Position numbers and translations under genes: made by a program. The notes below the pieces were generated by a model. The model saw only the letters and a list, made by a program, of their open reading frames with translations. It ran no database searches and was not told where the DNA came from. A stretch of DNA of 64,000 bases from Candidatus Marinacidobacterales bacterium. Lineage in GTDB: Bacteria; Acidobacteriota; Vicinamibacteria; Marinacidobacterales; SMYC01. This document shows positions 19,354-30,923 of the stretch, piece after piece. Each line of letters begins with the position of its first letter. Positions within the stretch are counted from its first letter, which is position 1. The stretch spans positions 576,001 to 640,000 of the forward strand of contig CBDCYI010000011.1 of assembly GCA_965224085.1 (NCBI GenBank), written 5' to 3'.

Positions 19354-21976
19354 CTATCGTTCCACACCGTCATCGGCTTGCCAGCGAGCTTTCCATGCCT
19401 CCGGCTGGTCGCGCAGGTGTTTGTCGAACCACTCCAGGATGATCGTGTCGCTGGTTTGCTGTACCGAGGGCTTCGAGTTGATCCCGTGGTTCTCGCCGTG
19501 GAACCGGACGAGCTCGGCCTCCCTGCCGAGCCCACGTAGCGCCGTGAACATCTGTTCCGACTCGGTGGGCACGACGTTGGTGTCTCTGGTGCCGTGAATG
19601 AGCAGCAGGGGTGTCCGTATGCGATCGGCCTTGAAGAGAGGGGAGCGATCCACGTACACGTCCCGCCGGTTCCAGGGGTAGCAGCCCGGACAGGTCCTAT
19701 CGGTGTAGCTGTAGCCGGTCCAGCCTGCGCCCCAATAGCCCGCAATGTTGCTGATTCCAGCCACCTCGACCGAAGCCGCGAAGAGATCGGTTCGGGTGAG
19801 CAGGTGCATGGTCATGAAACCGCCATACGAGCGTCCGAAGTTGCCGATCCGATCTCCGTCCACGAAGGGATGTGCCTCGACGAACTTGGTAACGCCCTCG
19901 ATGATGTCCGAGCCGGCCGGATAGCCCCAGTCATCGATGTGCAGGTCAGCAAACTTCTGGCCATACCCAGGCGCACCGGCGGGATTGAGCATGTAGACAA
20001 CGTAGCCATTGGCAGCGTACCAGAGGAGCCGTTCCTGGAACGACTTCTTCATGGCAATTGTCCCGCCGTAGTAGAAGACGATCAGCGGATAGGTCCGTGT
20101 CGGATCGAAGTCCGAAGGTGTCCAGTACCATCCCTCGATCTCGAAGCCCACTGAGTCGGTGAAGTTCCATTCCTCCCAGCCAGGCATTGCCACCTGAATC
20201 GAGGGCGCCGGCGGATGGCCGGAACAGTTCCGACGCCTCTCCGTCTGCAACTCGAATGCGGTAGATCACCTGCGGAGTGACTGGTGTCTCGAGCGCTGCT
20301 ACCAGCGTGCCCGCCCGGGCGTCATAGGCTTCCATAACCTCCGCCGGCAGGGGCAGGAGCTCGAGCGTCGTTCCCTCGAGCGACGCGGGCACCCGGTCGG
20401 CGGTCCGCGCAAGCACCGTCCTTGCCCCGTCCCCAGCCGACACATAGATCCGGCCATCGTTCTCACTCCAATGTATCTGCCGACATCCAAGTCCGGCTCC
20501 CACCGTAGGGACGAACCCGTGGCTGAGGTGCTTCAGCTGCGGCTGGTCGATGGAGGTGGCGTAGAGCTCCATCTCGTAGACGCTGAACTGGGGATCCTCC
20601 TTCTCGAGGAGCTCCTTTGCACTGCCACAGAATGCCACCGCGCTGCCGTCGGGGGCCCAGGCGAAGGTTTCGGGACCATTGAACGACTGTTTCCCCAGGT
20701 CCAAAAGCTTGCGCGAGGAACGGGTTCCAAGGTCAAAGATCCAGAGCTCGCTCTGCAGGAAGGGACGCTCGGGGGAACGGACGTTGCGATTGAAGATCAT
20801 TCGTTGGCCGTCGGGTGAAAGGGTCGGACCCTCTATCGAGTAGTCCGGGTCACCGGCGAGCTCGATCTGGGTGCCCTCATCGACGTTCAACGCGAACAGG
20901 TAGGCTCGGTCGCGCCAGAAGCTCCACCGGTGCCAGACCTCGGTGAGGCGCTCGATGCGTCCGGAGTCACCCGGTTCCTCTCGCTCGCCTCCCGTGGCCG
21001 TGAAGTAGAGCCAGTCGCCGTCGGCGGACCACTGGACGTCCTGAAGGCCAGGCTCGTTTCTGAGCAGCCGTACACTACCCCCACCTCCCGGCCGCCACAT
21101 CCAGAGATCGCGCCCATCGCCGTCGTCCACGTCGGTTCGTGTGGCGAAGGCCAGCCGAGTCCCGTCGCGCGACCACCTCGGACTGTACACCTGGTCGGTC
21201 AACCTCAGCTCTTCGACCAGGCGACCGTCGGCCAACTCACGTACCTCGACATGCGAGACCCGCCGATCATTTTCCCGGTCCTCGGCCCGCAGCAGGAAGG
21301 CCGCACGTCGTCCGGTCGGGTCCATCTCGATCTCGGTGACCTGGCGAAGCTTGCCCAGATCCACTAGTGAGAGCGGGCGACGGGGATCCAGGGAAACCTC
21401 GATCCCGGCGCCGGGTGTCAGCCCATCCAGTCGCGCCGAGATCTCCCATTTTTCCGCTGCCTCTTCAAGTGGAGCCGTCTCTACCAGGAGCCAGTGTTTT
21501 CCCGGCACCAGTACCAGCTCCTCGTCGTCACTCACCTTCGACCCGTCTACCCAGATGATTCTGGCTCCTGCGCCGGTTACCGTGAGCTTCGCCTTTTGCC
21601 AACGGTCGATCTCGAGATAGGCTGCCGCGAACGCGACGCCGGGCCTCTCGTCGGACTCGAGGCGGAGAGCGCCATCTACCGTGCCTTGGCGTGCCCATTG
21701 ATAGCTGTCACCAGCCAACCAGCTCACCCGATCGCCTGCGGCCGGCCACTTCGACTCGAAGGAGAGCTCTACGCCAGCCATGGACCCGGCTTTGCCGTCC
21801 GGTCGAGAGGCGGAGCTCGAAACCGGAAGGGGCCCCAGCAACAGCCACTCGTCGATCACCGTTTGCCCCTCGGCGGGACTGGCACCTGTCCACACGCCTG
21901 CCAGGAGCAATGGCAAGAGCACGCCAGCCAAGGTCAACTTGCATCTTCCCCGAAGCTTCAGGCTTTTACTGAACAT
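19354..21976 (-). pseudogene. S9-family peptidase with one frameshift near 20200 (possibly a sequencing error)
   Basis: The N-terminal propeller ORF and the C-terminal catalytic ORF (YYGG, GYGQKF, GRSYGG, HGTRDTNV, ENHG) overlap in different frames. RBS precedes the ATG at 21976. Confidence 0.85.
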
Positions 21977-22191
21977 CGAAACCCCTCCTCTGTTGCGTCT
22001 TGGTGACGACAAGTGCCTCAAAACGGCTCAAAAGTCAATTCCGCTCTCGACCGCCAGGTGACTGCACCCGATTGCTGCCGACATGGAAATGTCCTATCTT
22101 CTTCCCTTGGACATTGACTAAAACGTCAAAAAAAGCGTGACCGCATTTACCGTAGCGGGTGGGACAAACGCTCGCTGGGAGGAGAGTTTCA

Positions 22192-25100
22192 ATGCTCTCG
22201 TATCGAATGATCGTAATCCGCTCTCTTCTCGCCGTTGGGTTTGTCCTTGCAGTCGGTTCGACGGCCGCCGCACAGGACGAGGAAGGGCTTCCGCTCGAAA
22301 CGACCCGGGTCATTGAGTTCGACACCGACGAGGGGACATGGATGAGTGTGGACGTCTCCCCGGACGGTACTCAACTCGTCTTCGATCTGTTGGGTGACCT
22401 GTATCTGCTGCCTATTGCCGGCGGCACTGCCCAGCGCATCGCGGAAGGCCCAGCATTCGATTTCCAACCTCGTTTTTCTCCCGACGGAACGCAGATCGTG
22501 TTCGTGAGCGACCGCAACGGCACTGAAAGTCTCTGGCTGGCCAATGCCGATGGGAGCGACCCTCGCGTCATCGTGACTGACACGAGCAGCCTCGTCGGAT
22601 CACCAGCCTGGTCGCCGGACGGCGAGTTTCTCGCGGTGCGGAAGGGTGTATCGAGTTTGAATCTCAACGAACTGTGGCTGTACCACAAAGACGGCGGAAG
22701 CGGAATCCAGGTCACCGACGGAGATGCACCCATGCGATCCGTCGCGGGGCCCGAGTTCTCGCCAGACGGCACGTATATCTATTTCTCGAGCAGCGCCCAG
22801 GGACACCGTTACAACGCGGACCTGGGGCATTACCAGGTCAGCCGTTACCATCGTGACAACGGCGACATCGAAACGATTACGGGGAACTACGGCGGTGGCC
22901 TGAGGCCCGTCCTTTCGCCTGACGGTCGCACGCTCGCTTACGTCTCCCGAGACGAAGCCCACTCGACCCTGCGTATCCGCGACCTCGAGACGGGGAGCGA
23001 GCAGCAGCTGGTCTATCCGCTCGACCTCGACGAGCAAGAGGGCTTCGTGTGCCGTGATCTCTATCCGGGTTACAGCTTCACACCGGATGGCCAGGCGATC
23101 GTGATCTCGTTCGGCGGGAAGTTCCACCGAGTCGACGTCTCCTCCGGGGAAGCCACACCGATTCCCTTCACCGCGCAGGTGCGCCAGGAACTCGCGCCGC
23201 TCGTCCACTTCGAGCGAACGATTGAAACTGGACCGGTGAAAGCCCGCCAACTCCGCTGGACGAACCAGTCTCCTGACGGAACGCGACTGACGTTCGGAGC
23301 TGTCGGACAAGCGTGGATCATGGATCTGCCCGACGGTTCACCCCGCCGAGTGACTGAGAGAAGTGAAAGGGAGTACACACCCAGCTTCTCGCCCGACGGC
23401 GACTGGATTGCGTACGTGAGCTGGACTGATGCAGAAGGAGGGCACCTGTGGAAAGTCCCGGCCGTCGGGGGGACTCCAATCCAGCTGACACGGGTGCCGG
23501 CTTTCTATCATCGTCCCACCTGGGCACCCGACGGAAGCAAGATCGCGTTTGTCCAAGGCGCGGCTCGTGCATGGCTCGCTACGGATCCGAGCGACGTGCA
23601 GCAGATCCGCTGGGTCGACGCGCAGGGTGGGCAATCGCACCTCGTCGTAAATTCGCCTCTGCCCCCGGCAATCCGCGGTTCGGTTCAGAGACTCACGTTC
23701 AGCAGCGATGGGCAGCGAATCTACTACCTGGATGCCGAGCCGCCGCCCCCCCCGTCGCTGGCCTACGCTCCCGGGAGGCTGGTCCTTCACTCTGTACGGT
23801 TGGATGGTGCCGATGCGCGGGAGCATGCCAAGCTCGTCGGTGCCGAGGCCGCGGTTCCTTCTCCTGACGGGAAGTGGGTGGCGTACACCGTCCGGGGGGA
23901 CGCCTATCTCGCGCCGCTCCCGCGTGTGGGCGAAGTCGTCACCCTCGACCTCGAGTCGCCCGCAGTGAACATTCGCCGGCTTACGAATGAGGGCGCGGGC
24001 AATCTTCGTTGGGAGAACAGTGGACAGACGCTCACCTGGCGATTTGGCAACCGCTTCTATCGCTCGAGGCGAGAGGACGCCCTCCAGGCAACGGACGCAC
24101 AAGAGCTTGATCCCACCGAGTTCGTTATCGACTTGCAAGTCCCCCGCCCGCGGCCCCAGGGGCAGATCGCCCTGCGCAACGCGCGCATCGTCACCATGCG
24201 CGGTGACGAGGTCATCCCGGTTGGCGACATCGTGGTGGAGGACAAGCGCATCGCCGCGATCGGGGCAAGCGGTTCCGTGGCGATCCCTGACAACGCCCAC
24301 GCGATCGACGTCAGCGGGAAGACAATCGTTCCCGGGTTCATCGACATGCACGACCACCTCCGATTGCCCGGGGAGGTCATTCCGCAAAGGAGCTGGTCGC
24401 TGGCAGCACATCTCGCGTACGGGGTGACCACTGGTTTCGATCCCTCAGCCAACACCAAGGCCGTCTTCGCCAACGCCGAGATGGTCGAGGCCGGACGCCT
24501 GCGCGGGCATCGAATCTACAGCACGGGTATATCGTTGAACCCGCGTAGCGCGAAGATCGAGAGTCTGGAGGACGCGCGCCACATCGCGCGACAGTTCAGC
24601 GAACACGGGGCGATCTTCCTCAAGGAGTATTTGCAGCCGCGTCGCATTCAAAGGCAGTGGCTGGCGATGGCCGCACGCGAGGAGGGCGTCTCGATCACGG
24701 CTGACGGCGGCGGCGATCTCTTCTTTGACATGACGCATATTCTCGATGGTTACACCGGGTACGAGCACAGCATGCCCGCCGTGCCGCTCTACCGCGACGT
24801 GATCGAGCTGCTGGCGCGCAGCCAGACCTACTACAGCCCCACCCTCGGGGTAGAGCTCGTCGGTCCTTGGGGTCAGCACTACTTTCGGCAGCAGAGAAAT
24901 CTGCACGACGATCCCAAACTCCGTCGTTTCACCCCCAAGGAGGTCCTCGACCGAAGGACACATCGTGGGCTGTGGTTTCGGGATGAGGACTTCCGCGTCG
25001 TCCAGGTAGCCGAGCAAGCGGCAAAACTCGTTCACCGTGGTGGCTACGTGGTCCCCGGAGGACACGGCGAGCAGCAGGGCATCGCTACCCACTGGGACAT

Positions 25101-25416
25101 CTGGTTCCTGGCGATGGGTGGATTGAGCCCGCTCGAGGCTTTGCGGGCGGCCACCCTTTCCGGGGCAGAGCGGCTCGGGCTGGACCAGGATCTGGGGTCC
25201 TTGGAGACCGGAAAGATCGCCGATTTCGTCGTTCTGAACGGTAATCCGCTCGATGACATTCAGCGGACCACCGACATCCTCTATGTCATGCACAACGGCG
25301 AGCTTTTCGAGGGAGAGACCCTCGATCAGATCTGGCCCGAGCGGAGGGAATTCGGCGAGTTCTACTGGGAGACGGAAGCCAAGGAGCTCGAAAAACGACG
25401 AGACTCTCACCCATAG
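22192..25416 (+). CDS. Exported beta-propeller plus amidohydrolase fusion
   Basis: FDTDEGTWMSVDVSPDG, PGFIDMHDH, LAYGVTT, GGHG, GSLETGKIADF. RBS GGAGGAG. Confidence 0.92.
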   Translation: MLSYRMIVIRSLLAVGFVLAVGSTAAAQDEEGLPLETTRVIEFDTDEGTWMSVDVSPDGTQLVFDLLGDLYLLPIAGGTAQRIAEGPAFDFQPRFSPDGTQIVFVSDRNGTESLWLANADGSDPRVIVTDTSSLVGSPAWSPDGEFLAVRKGVSSLNLNELWLYHKDGGSGIQVTDGDAPMRSVAGPEFSPDGTYIYFSSSAQGHRYNADLGHYQVSRYHRDNGDIETITGNYGGGLRPVLSPDGRTLAYVSRDEAHSTLRIRDLETGSEQQLVYPLDLDEQEGFVCRDLYPGYSFTPDGQAIVISFGGKFHRVDVSSGEATPIPFTAQVRQELAPLVHFERTIETGPVKARQLRWTNQSPDGTRLTFGAVGQAWIMDLPDGSPRRVTERSEREYTPSFSPDGDWIAYVSWTDAEGGHLWKVPAVGGTPIQLTRVPAFYHRPTWAPDGSKIAFVQGAARAWLATDPSDVQQIRWVDAQGGQSHLVVNSPLPPAIRGSVQRLTFSSDGQRIYYLDAEPPPPPSLAYAPGRLVLHSVRLDGADAREHAKLVGAEAAVPSPDGKWVAYTVRGDAYLAPLPRVGEVVTLDLESPAVNIRRLTNEGAGNLRWENSGQTLTWRFGNRFYRSRREDALQATDAQELDPTEFVIDLQVPRPRPQGQIALRNARIVTMRGDEVIPVGDIVVEDKRIAAIGASGSVAIPDNAHAIDVSGKTIVPGFIDMHDHLRLPGEVIPQRSWSLAAHLAYGVTTGFDPSANTKAVFANAEMVEAGRLRGHRIYSTGISLNPRSAKIESLEDARHIARQFSEHGAIFLKEYLQPRRIQRQWLAMAAREEGVSITADGGGDLFFDMTHILDGYTGYEHSMPAVPLYRDVIELLARSQTYYSPTLGVELVGPWGQHYFRQQRNLHDDPKLRRFTPKEVLDRRTHRGLWFRDEDFRVVQVAEQAAKLVHRGGYVVPGGHGEQQGIATHWDIWFLAMGGLSPLEALRAATLSGAERLGLDQDLGSLETGKIADFVVLNGNPLDDIQRTTDILYVMHNGELFEGETLDQIWPERREFGEFYWETEAKELEKRRDSHP

Positions 25417-25458
25417 CGGTATCGTCCTCGGAGACAACTCGATCCGCGCCGCCGAAAT

Positions 25459-27513
25459 TTAAGGTACTTTTGCCTCCTCAGACTTTCCCCCCGGTGCTTC
25501 TTCCCACGTGTACTCCCTGTCCATCACCCAACGCTCGAACCAGTCCAGCTCCACGTTTGCCTTGAAGAGCTGATGGCGAAGCTCTCGCCAGCCGTGGCCC
25601 TCTCGCGGGGCTACGTACAGGTGGGTCGGCACGCGGTGGTAGCGAAGCGCCTTGAACAGTTCCACAGACTGGGGCAGGGGCACTCGCGGGTCGCCTTCTC
25701 CCACCAGGATGATCGTGGGGGTTGTGACCCGATGTACGTCTTTGAGCGGGGAGTTGCCCCAATACCGATCGATGGGAGCGTCTTGTTCCCAAGGCGTGCC
25801 TCCGAACCAGGGGGTGCGATAGTTCTGTACGTCACTCTGGGCGTACATCGAAATCCAGTTCGCGGCCCCAGCCCCTGATGCGGCGGCTTTGAAGCGGTCC
25901 GTGTAGGTGATGATCTTGTTGGTCATGTGGCCGCCGGCGCTCCAACCCATCTTCGCCATCCGGTTTTCGTCCACCAGGCCACGCTCGATCAGGTAGTCCA
26001 CTCCCGCCATGACGTCCTTGTGCGCCTGGTCGAAGTAGTGGCCGACCATGTTGCGCAGGAACTCGTCTCCGTAGCCCGTGCTCCCGCGGTAGTTGGGTTT
26101 GAACACCATGTAGCCCATGGCGTTGAGTACCGGGACATAGGTGAAGGACCTCGGGAAGGAGAACTTGTCCGACGCGGGGGGACCGCCGTGCGTCTGGACG
26201 ACCAGGGGGTAACGTTCGCTTTCTCGGTAATCGGCGGGGTAGAAGATCAGGCCCTCCACCGTAACCTCGTCCTCTCCCTTCCACTGTACGGCCTCCTGGC
26301 GCGGCAGCTCGAATTCACTCTCCAGGTGGTCGAACACTCGGGTGATGCGGACGGGCTCGGCGCCCGAGGCGTCGTCCAGCGTCCAGACGTCTCCGGCGTT
26401 GGTCCGCGTGCTCATCGTGAAGACGTGGCGCCGGAGCTCGGGCAGGTACTGCCAGGCTCGGATCATGTGGTCCCCGCGGGTAAGTTGCGTCACTGCGCCG
26501 TTTCCCACGCCGGCCTTGAACAGCTGCTGTCGCACGCCTGTGTTACCGAGGAAGAAGATCGATTGCCCGTCGGATGACCAGATGGCCCCGGATGCCTGGT
26601 GTTGCAGGTCGGGAACCAACAGCCGAGGCGTACCACCGGAAGCTGGGACGAGGAAGATCCTGTCGTTGTAGTAGAACTCGAATTCCTCGTTGAAGAAGCC
26701 GGTGAACAGGATCTGACCGTTGTCCGGTGAGAGCTGAGCGACCTTCTCCGGCACCGAATTGTTCGTTATCCTTCGGGCGCCGCGGCCGTCGGCATCGGCC
26801 AACCAGACCTCGCTTGTTCCGTTGTCCCAGACGGGGGCGGGTCGGCGGTGAAAGACGAGCCGGGTGCCGTCCCGAGACAGGTAATAGTTGCTCACCGAGA
26901 AGTCTCCCTCGGTGAGGCGCTCGGCCACGGCGCCGTCGTCGGCCATCCGCCAAACGTGTTCCTGCTGGTAGTCTTCATCGTATCGGAAGACGTCGTCCTC
27001 GGCTTCGTCCCGTTTCTTTTGCGCCTCGGTCTTCTCGTCTGGTGCTACGAAGTAGATCCAACGTCCACCCGGCGACCACTCGATGCGCGAGACGGACGTG
27101 GGATGCTCGGTCAGGGCCCACGCCTCGCCGCCCCGAGTATCGAGCAAGTAGATCTGCGAGTGTTCTTCCTTGCCTCGCTTCGCGAGAAAGGCGACCCGGT
27201 TCCCGTCGGGTGACCAGCGGGGAGACGACTCCCCGTCCTCACCGTTGGTGAGCCTGACGGTACCCGAGCCGTCCGCGTTGACCCTCCAGATGTGAGAGAT
27301 TGCTTTGTTCTTCTCCCAGTCCGCGACCGAGAGGAGGTAAAGGAGCTGACTTCCGTCCGGGGAGAGCCCGGGTTCTGCCAGCGTTGGGATGTCGAGCATG
27401 TCAACGATCGTCATGGGTCGGCGCTGCTGGGAAGAGGCGGCTCGTGCCGTGAAGAGGACGAGGAGGGTCACCGAGACGCATGCACGGGCGTTTAGCAACG
27501 GGCGGTACTTCAT
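25459..27513 (-). CDS. S9-family peptidase (S9C-like)
   Basis: HGGP, PNYRGSTGYG, GWSAGG, GEGDPRVP, EGHG. Confidence 0.92.
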   Translation of the reverse strand: MKYRPLLNARACVSVTLLVLFTARAASSQQRRPMTIVDMLDIPTLAEPGLSPDGSQLLYLLSVADWEKNKAISHIWRVNADGSGTVRLTNGEDGESSPRWSPDGNRVAFLAKRGKEEHSQIYLLDTRGGEAWALTEHPTSVSRIEWSPGGRWIYFVAPDEKTEAQKKRDEAEDDVFRYDEDYQQEHVWRMADDGAVAERLTEGDFSVSNYYLSRDGTRLVFHRRPAPVWDNGTSEVWLADADGRGARRITNNSVPEKVAQLSPDNGQILFTGFFNEEFEFYYNDRIFLVPASGGTPRLLVPDLQHQASGAIWSSDGQSIFFLGNTGVRQQLFKAGVGNGAVTQLTRGDHMIRAWQYLPELRRHVFTMSTRTNAGDVWTLDDASGAEPVRITRVFDHLESEFELPRQEAVQWKGEDEVTVEGLIFYPADYRESERYPLVVQTHGGPPASDKFSFPRSFTYVPVLNAMGYMVFKPNYRGSTGYGDEFLRNMVGHYFDQAHKDVMAGVDYLIERGLVDENRMAKMGWSAGGHMTNKIITYTDRFKAAASGAGAANWISMYAQSDVQNYRTPWFGGTPWEQDAPIDRYWGNSPLKDVHRVTTPTIILVGEGDPRVPLPQSVELFKALRYHRVPTHLYVAPREGHGWRELRHQLFKANVELDWFERWVMDREYTWEEAPGGKSEEAKVP

Positions 27514-27517
27514 TGAT

Positions 27518-30500
27518 TCACCTCACTCTCGAGACGACCTTCGGCGTGGCGGGATACAGACCCTTCGTGGCGAGATCGCGGTAGAGCTCCGAGATGCTCG
27601 AGAGGGTTTCGTTGAGCTCCGCAATGACCTCGTCCAGCTCGCCAGAAAGTTTCGCGAGAAGCCTCGTCTGCGCCTCGGTGGGAACCGCTGTCGCGCCGAG
27701 GATGGCTCCTCTCAAACGCGAGATGTTGCCCCGAACGTCTTCGTCCGCCGGGCGGCCGCGTTGACGTCCAAACACACCGAAGCGCCGCCGCAGCACCTCC
27801 AAACGCTCGGAGATCTCTTTCACTTCAGCGAGGTCATGCTTCTCGACGGCCTTCTCGACCGGCGAGAATTGCTCGTTCAGATCGACCACCGTGTTCGCCG
27901 CCTCGTTCGCTCTACGGTTCAGCTCGTAGGCCCGACGCGCGGCCTCGTCGTAGACACGCCGATCCGCGTCGTTCAACGGCACGTCCGGATCCTGAGAAAC
28001 CTCGATCTCCGCGCTCGCTCCGTCCTTGCCGTCGACGACCACGTGAGCGCTATAGATCCCGGGAGAAACGAACGGGCTGTCGTATCGCGCTCCCCAACCC
28101 CGGCGGTCGGGTTGGCTCACCACTTCCGGAAGCGGAGCAAAGCGCAAGTCCCAGCCGACCTGATGGATGCCGGCGGACTTCATCGCTTCGATCTCGGTAA
28201 CGACCGCTCCGTTGGAGTCCCGGATCTCTATCGTAGCTTCTTCGACGTCGGAACCGAGACGGTAGGTGAGCATCCCCGCCTCCGGGTTCTTGCCGAAAAA
28301 CTGGCGGTTCCCCCCGAACTCGGGAATCCGGTTACCGGCCGGGGTTTGCTGGGTCGCGGGCGCGGTCGCAAAAATGTACGCGTCCGTCTCCGCCGCCTTG
28401 GCATAATCCTGAAACGGCGTGAGGTCGTCGAGAATCCAGATACTCCGGCCGTGCGTTGCCAGGATCATGTCATTCTCGCGCGGGTGGAGCGCGATCTCGT
28501 AGATGGGCACCGTGGGAAGATTGGCTTTGACCCGGTGCCACTCACGGCCGCGATCCACGGCGACGTACAGACCCCGCTCGGTCCCCAGGTACAGCACGTC
28601 GGGGTTTTTCAGGTCCTCCATCATCGTGCGCGCGACCTCGCCCGCGGGCAGGTTCGACTCGAGAGAGCGCCAGCTCTTGCCAAGATCGTCGCTCGTGTAC
28701 ACGTAGCTTCCGAAGTCGTTTACCCGATGGGCATCGAACGTCGCGTAGACACGATTCGACTCGAAGCGCGACGGCGCGAGCCGCGAGACGTTGGCGCCAG
28801 CGGCGAGCCCCGGAACGTTCTTCGTCACGTCCGACCAGTTGACGCCTGCGTCGGAGGAGACGTGTACGAGTCCGTCGTCGGAGCCCGCCCAATAGAGTCC
28901 TTCGCGAATCTCCGATTCCGCGAAAGTGACGAGCGTCGGAAAGTGCGCGATGCCGTCGTGTTTGGCTATCGTCACGTCCTTGCCGTAGACGCCCATGAGC
29001 TCGAGCTCATCCCGGTCGACGTTCCTCGTGAGCTCGGGGCTGATTGCGGTCCACAGGTGACCCCGATCGCGCGAACGGAAAACCTTGTTCGCAGCGACGA
29101 AGACGGTGGCGGAGTCGTGGGGCGAGAGCAGCATCGGCGTGTCCCAGTTCCATCGGAGCTTCGGCTCGTCCTCCTCGGGCTCTGGACGGATCGACTGGCG
29201 CTCGTTCGTCACCCGGTCCACGCGGTTCATGCGACCGTTCTGGGACTCGGCGTACATGATCCTTGGGTTGTCGGGGTCGGCAAGGGCGACGAAGCCATCG
29301 CCACCACCGATGATGAACCAATCGTCGTTCGCGATGCCCGCGTAGCTGCGCACCCTGCTCGGCCCACACCACGTGAAGTTGTCCTGTAGACCCCCGCAAA
29401 CGTAGTAGGGTGTGCTCATGTCGTAGCTCACGTGGTAGAACTGCCCGACCGGCATGTTGTTGAGCCAGACGTAGGTCTCGCTTCGGTCGTAGGAAATCCC
29501 CACGCCACCGTCACCTCCAAGCATGAGGTGGCTCGAGTCGTTCGGGTCGATCCACATCGCGTGGAAGTCCACGTGGATGCGCCGGGCGCCGTCGTCCCGG
29601 AATGTCTTACCGCCGTCGTCCGAGACGAGGAGCGGCGTTCCGAGCACGTAAATGCGGGAGTCGTCCGTCGGGTCGACACGGATCTGGCTGAAGTACATCG
29701 GACGCGGGTTCACCGACGAGAACTTCGTCCAACTCGCCCCCGCATCGTCGGAACGGTAAACGCCGCCTTCGTCCTCGTGCTCGATGCGCGCATAGACGAT
29801 GTCCGGGTTCTTGCGGTAGACGTCGAGCCCGATCCGTCCCTTCGGACCCTCCGGAATGCCCTCGGTGAGTTTGGCCCAGCTACGTCCACCGTCGGTCGTC
29901 TTGTAGATTGCGGTCCCAGGCCCGCCTCCGTTGAATCCCCAGGTCCGCCGACGCCTCTGATACATCGCCGCGTAGAGCACCTTGGGATTTCTCGGATCCA
30001 TCACGAGCTCGGTCGCGCCGGTGTCGTCGTCGACGTGGAGGACGCGCTCGAAGCTCTCGCCGCCGTCAGTCGTCTTGTAGACACCGCGTTCGCCTCCCGC
30101 GCCCCAGAGGCTCCCGAGAGCCACGACGTAGACGACGTCCAGGTCGGTCGGATCGATGACGATGCGCGCGATGTGCATCGATTCCCCGAGCCCCATGTTC
30201 TTCCACGTCTTGCCCCCGTCGGTCGACTTGTAGATTCCGTCACCCCAGGAAGAGCTCTGCCGGTTGTTGTTCTCGCCCGTTCCCACCCAGACGAGGTTCG
30301 GATCCTCTCGAGCGACCGCGAGATCGCCGATGGAGGAAGTGGTCTGGTCGTCGAACACCGTCTCGAACGTCGTACCGTTGTTCGTCGTCTTCCAGATACC
30401 ACCGGTGGCGGTCCCCACGTAGAAGACAGCGGGGTTCGACTCCAGCACAGCGAAGTCGTCGATACGGCCCGCGGGGGTAGCAGGCCCGATCTCACGGAAC

Positions 30501-30594
30501 CGGAGCCCGTCGAAGGGCCCGTTCTCTTTGGCAGTCGCAAAACGGCCGTTAGCGTCACAACGACAGTACAGGCGAGTGCGCGTCGCGCGTTCAT
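27518..30594 (-). CDS. VPS10/BNR (Asp-box) repeat protein, frameshifted in a T-run near 30540
   Basis: The signal peptide from the ATG at 30594 joins GLRFREIGPATPAGRIDD in a shifted frame. Many S/TxDGGxT/SW repeats. Confidence 0.85.
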
Positions 30595-30923
30595 GGCTCC
30601 TCCTCAGCTAAGAAGAGCGATTCTATCTGAATAACGACAAAAAATCCGCGCCTGAACAGGTTGCGCATCATTTCTCGGGGTCGTCCGGTTGCTCTTGCGC
30701 TCAGAACCCGATACCGACCGCAATCGAAAAACCAGGACCTCCTCGCCCTACGGTTCCGAGGTGGACTGTTGGCGATACTCGCTCCCACGCTTGTCCAAGA
30801 CTAATGGCCCCAATCGCGGCCCCAATGAGACCACCGAACAGCCCTCTTGACCACGCCCCAAGCGCGACGGCTTCAGCGACGCTCGAGCCGTTTTCGCCAA
30901 CCTGATTGAGTCCAGAACTATAT

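Noticed and set aside
27389-29389. 666-aa plus-strand ORF, and similar long antisense ORFs such as 16131-17573 and 55442-56722
   Set aside because: These are shadow frames opposite well-supported genes in GC-rich DNA and carry no motifs.
30700-30900. Gly-rich hydrophobic minus-strand fragment (GLFGGLIGAAIGA)
   Set aside because: Short and without a start codon; probably a decayed gene tail and too weak to name.
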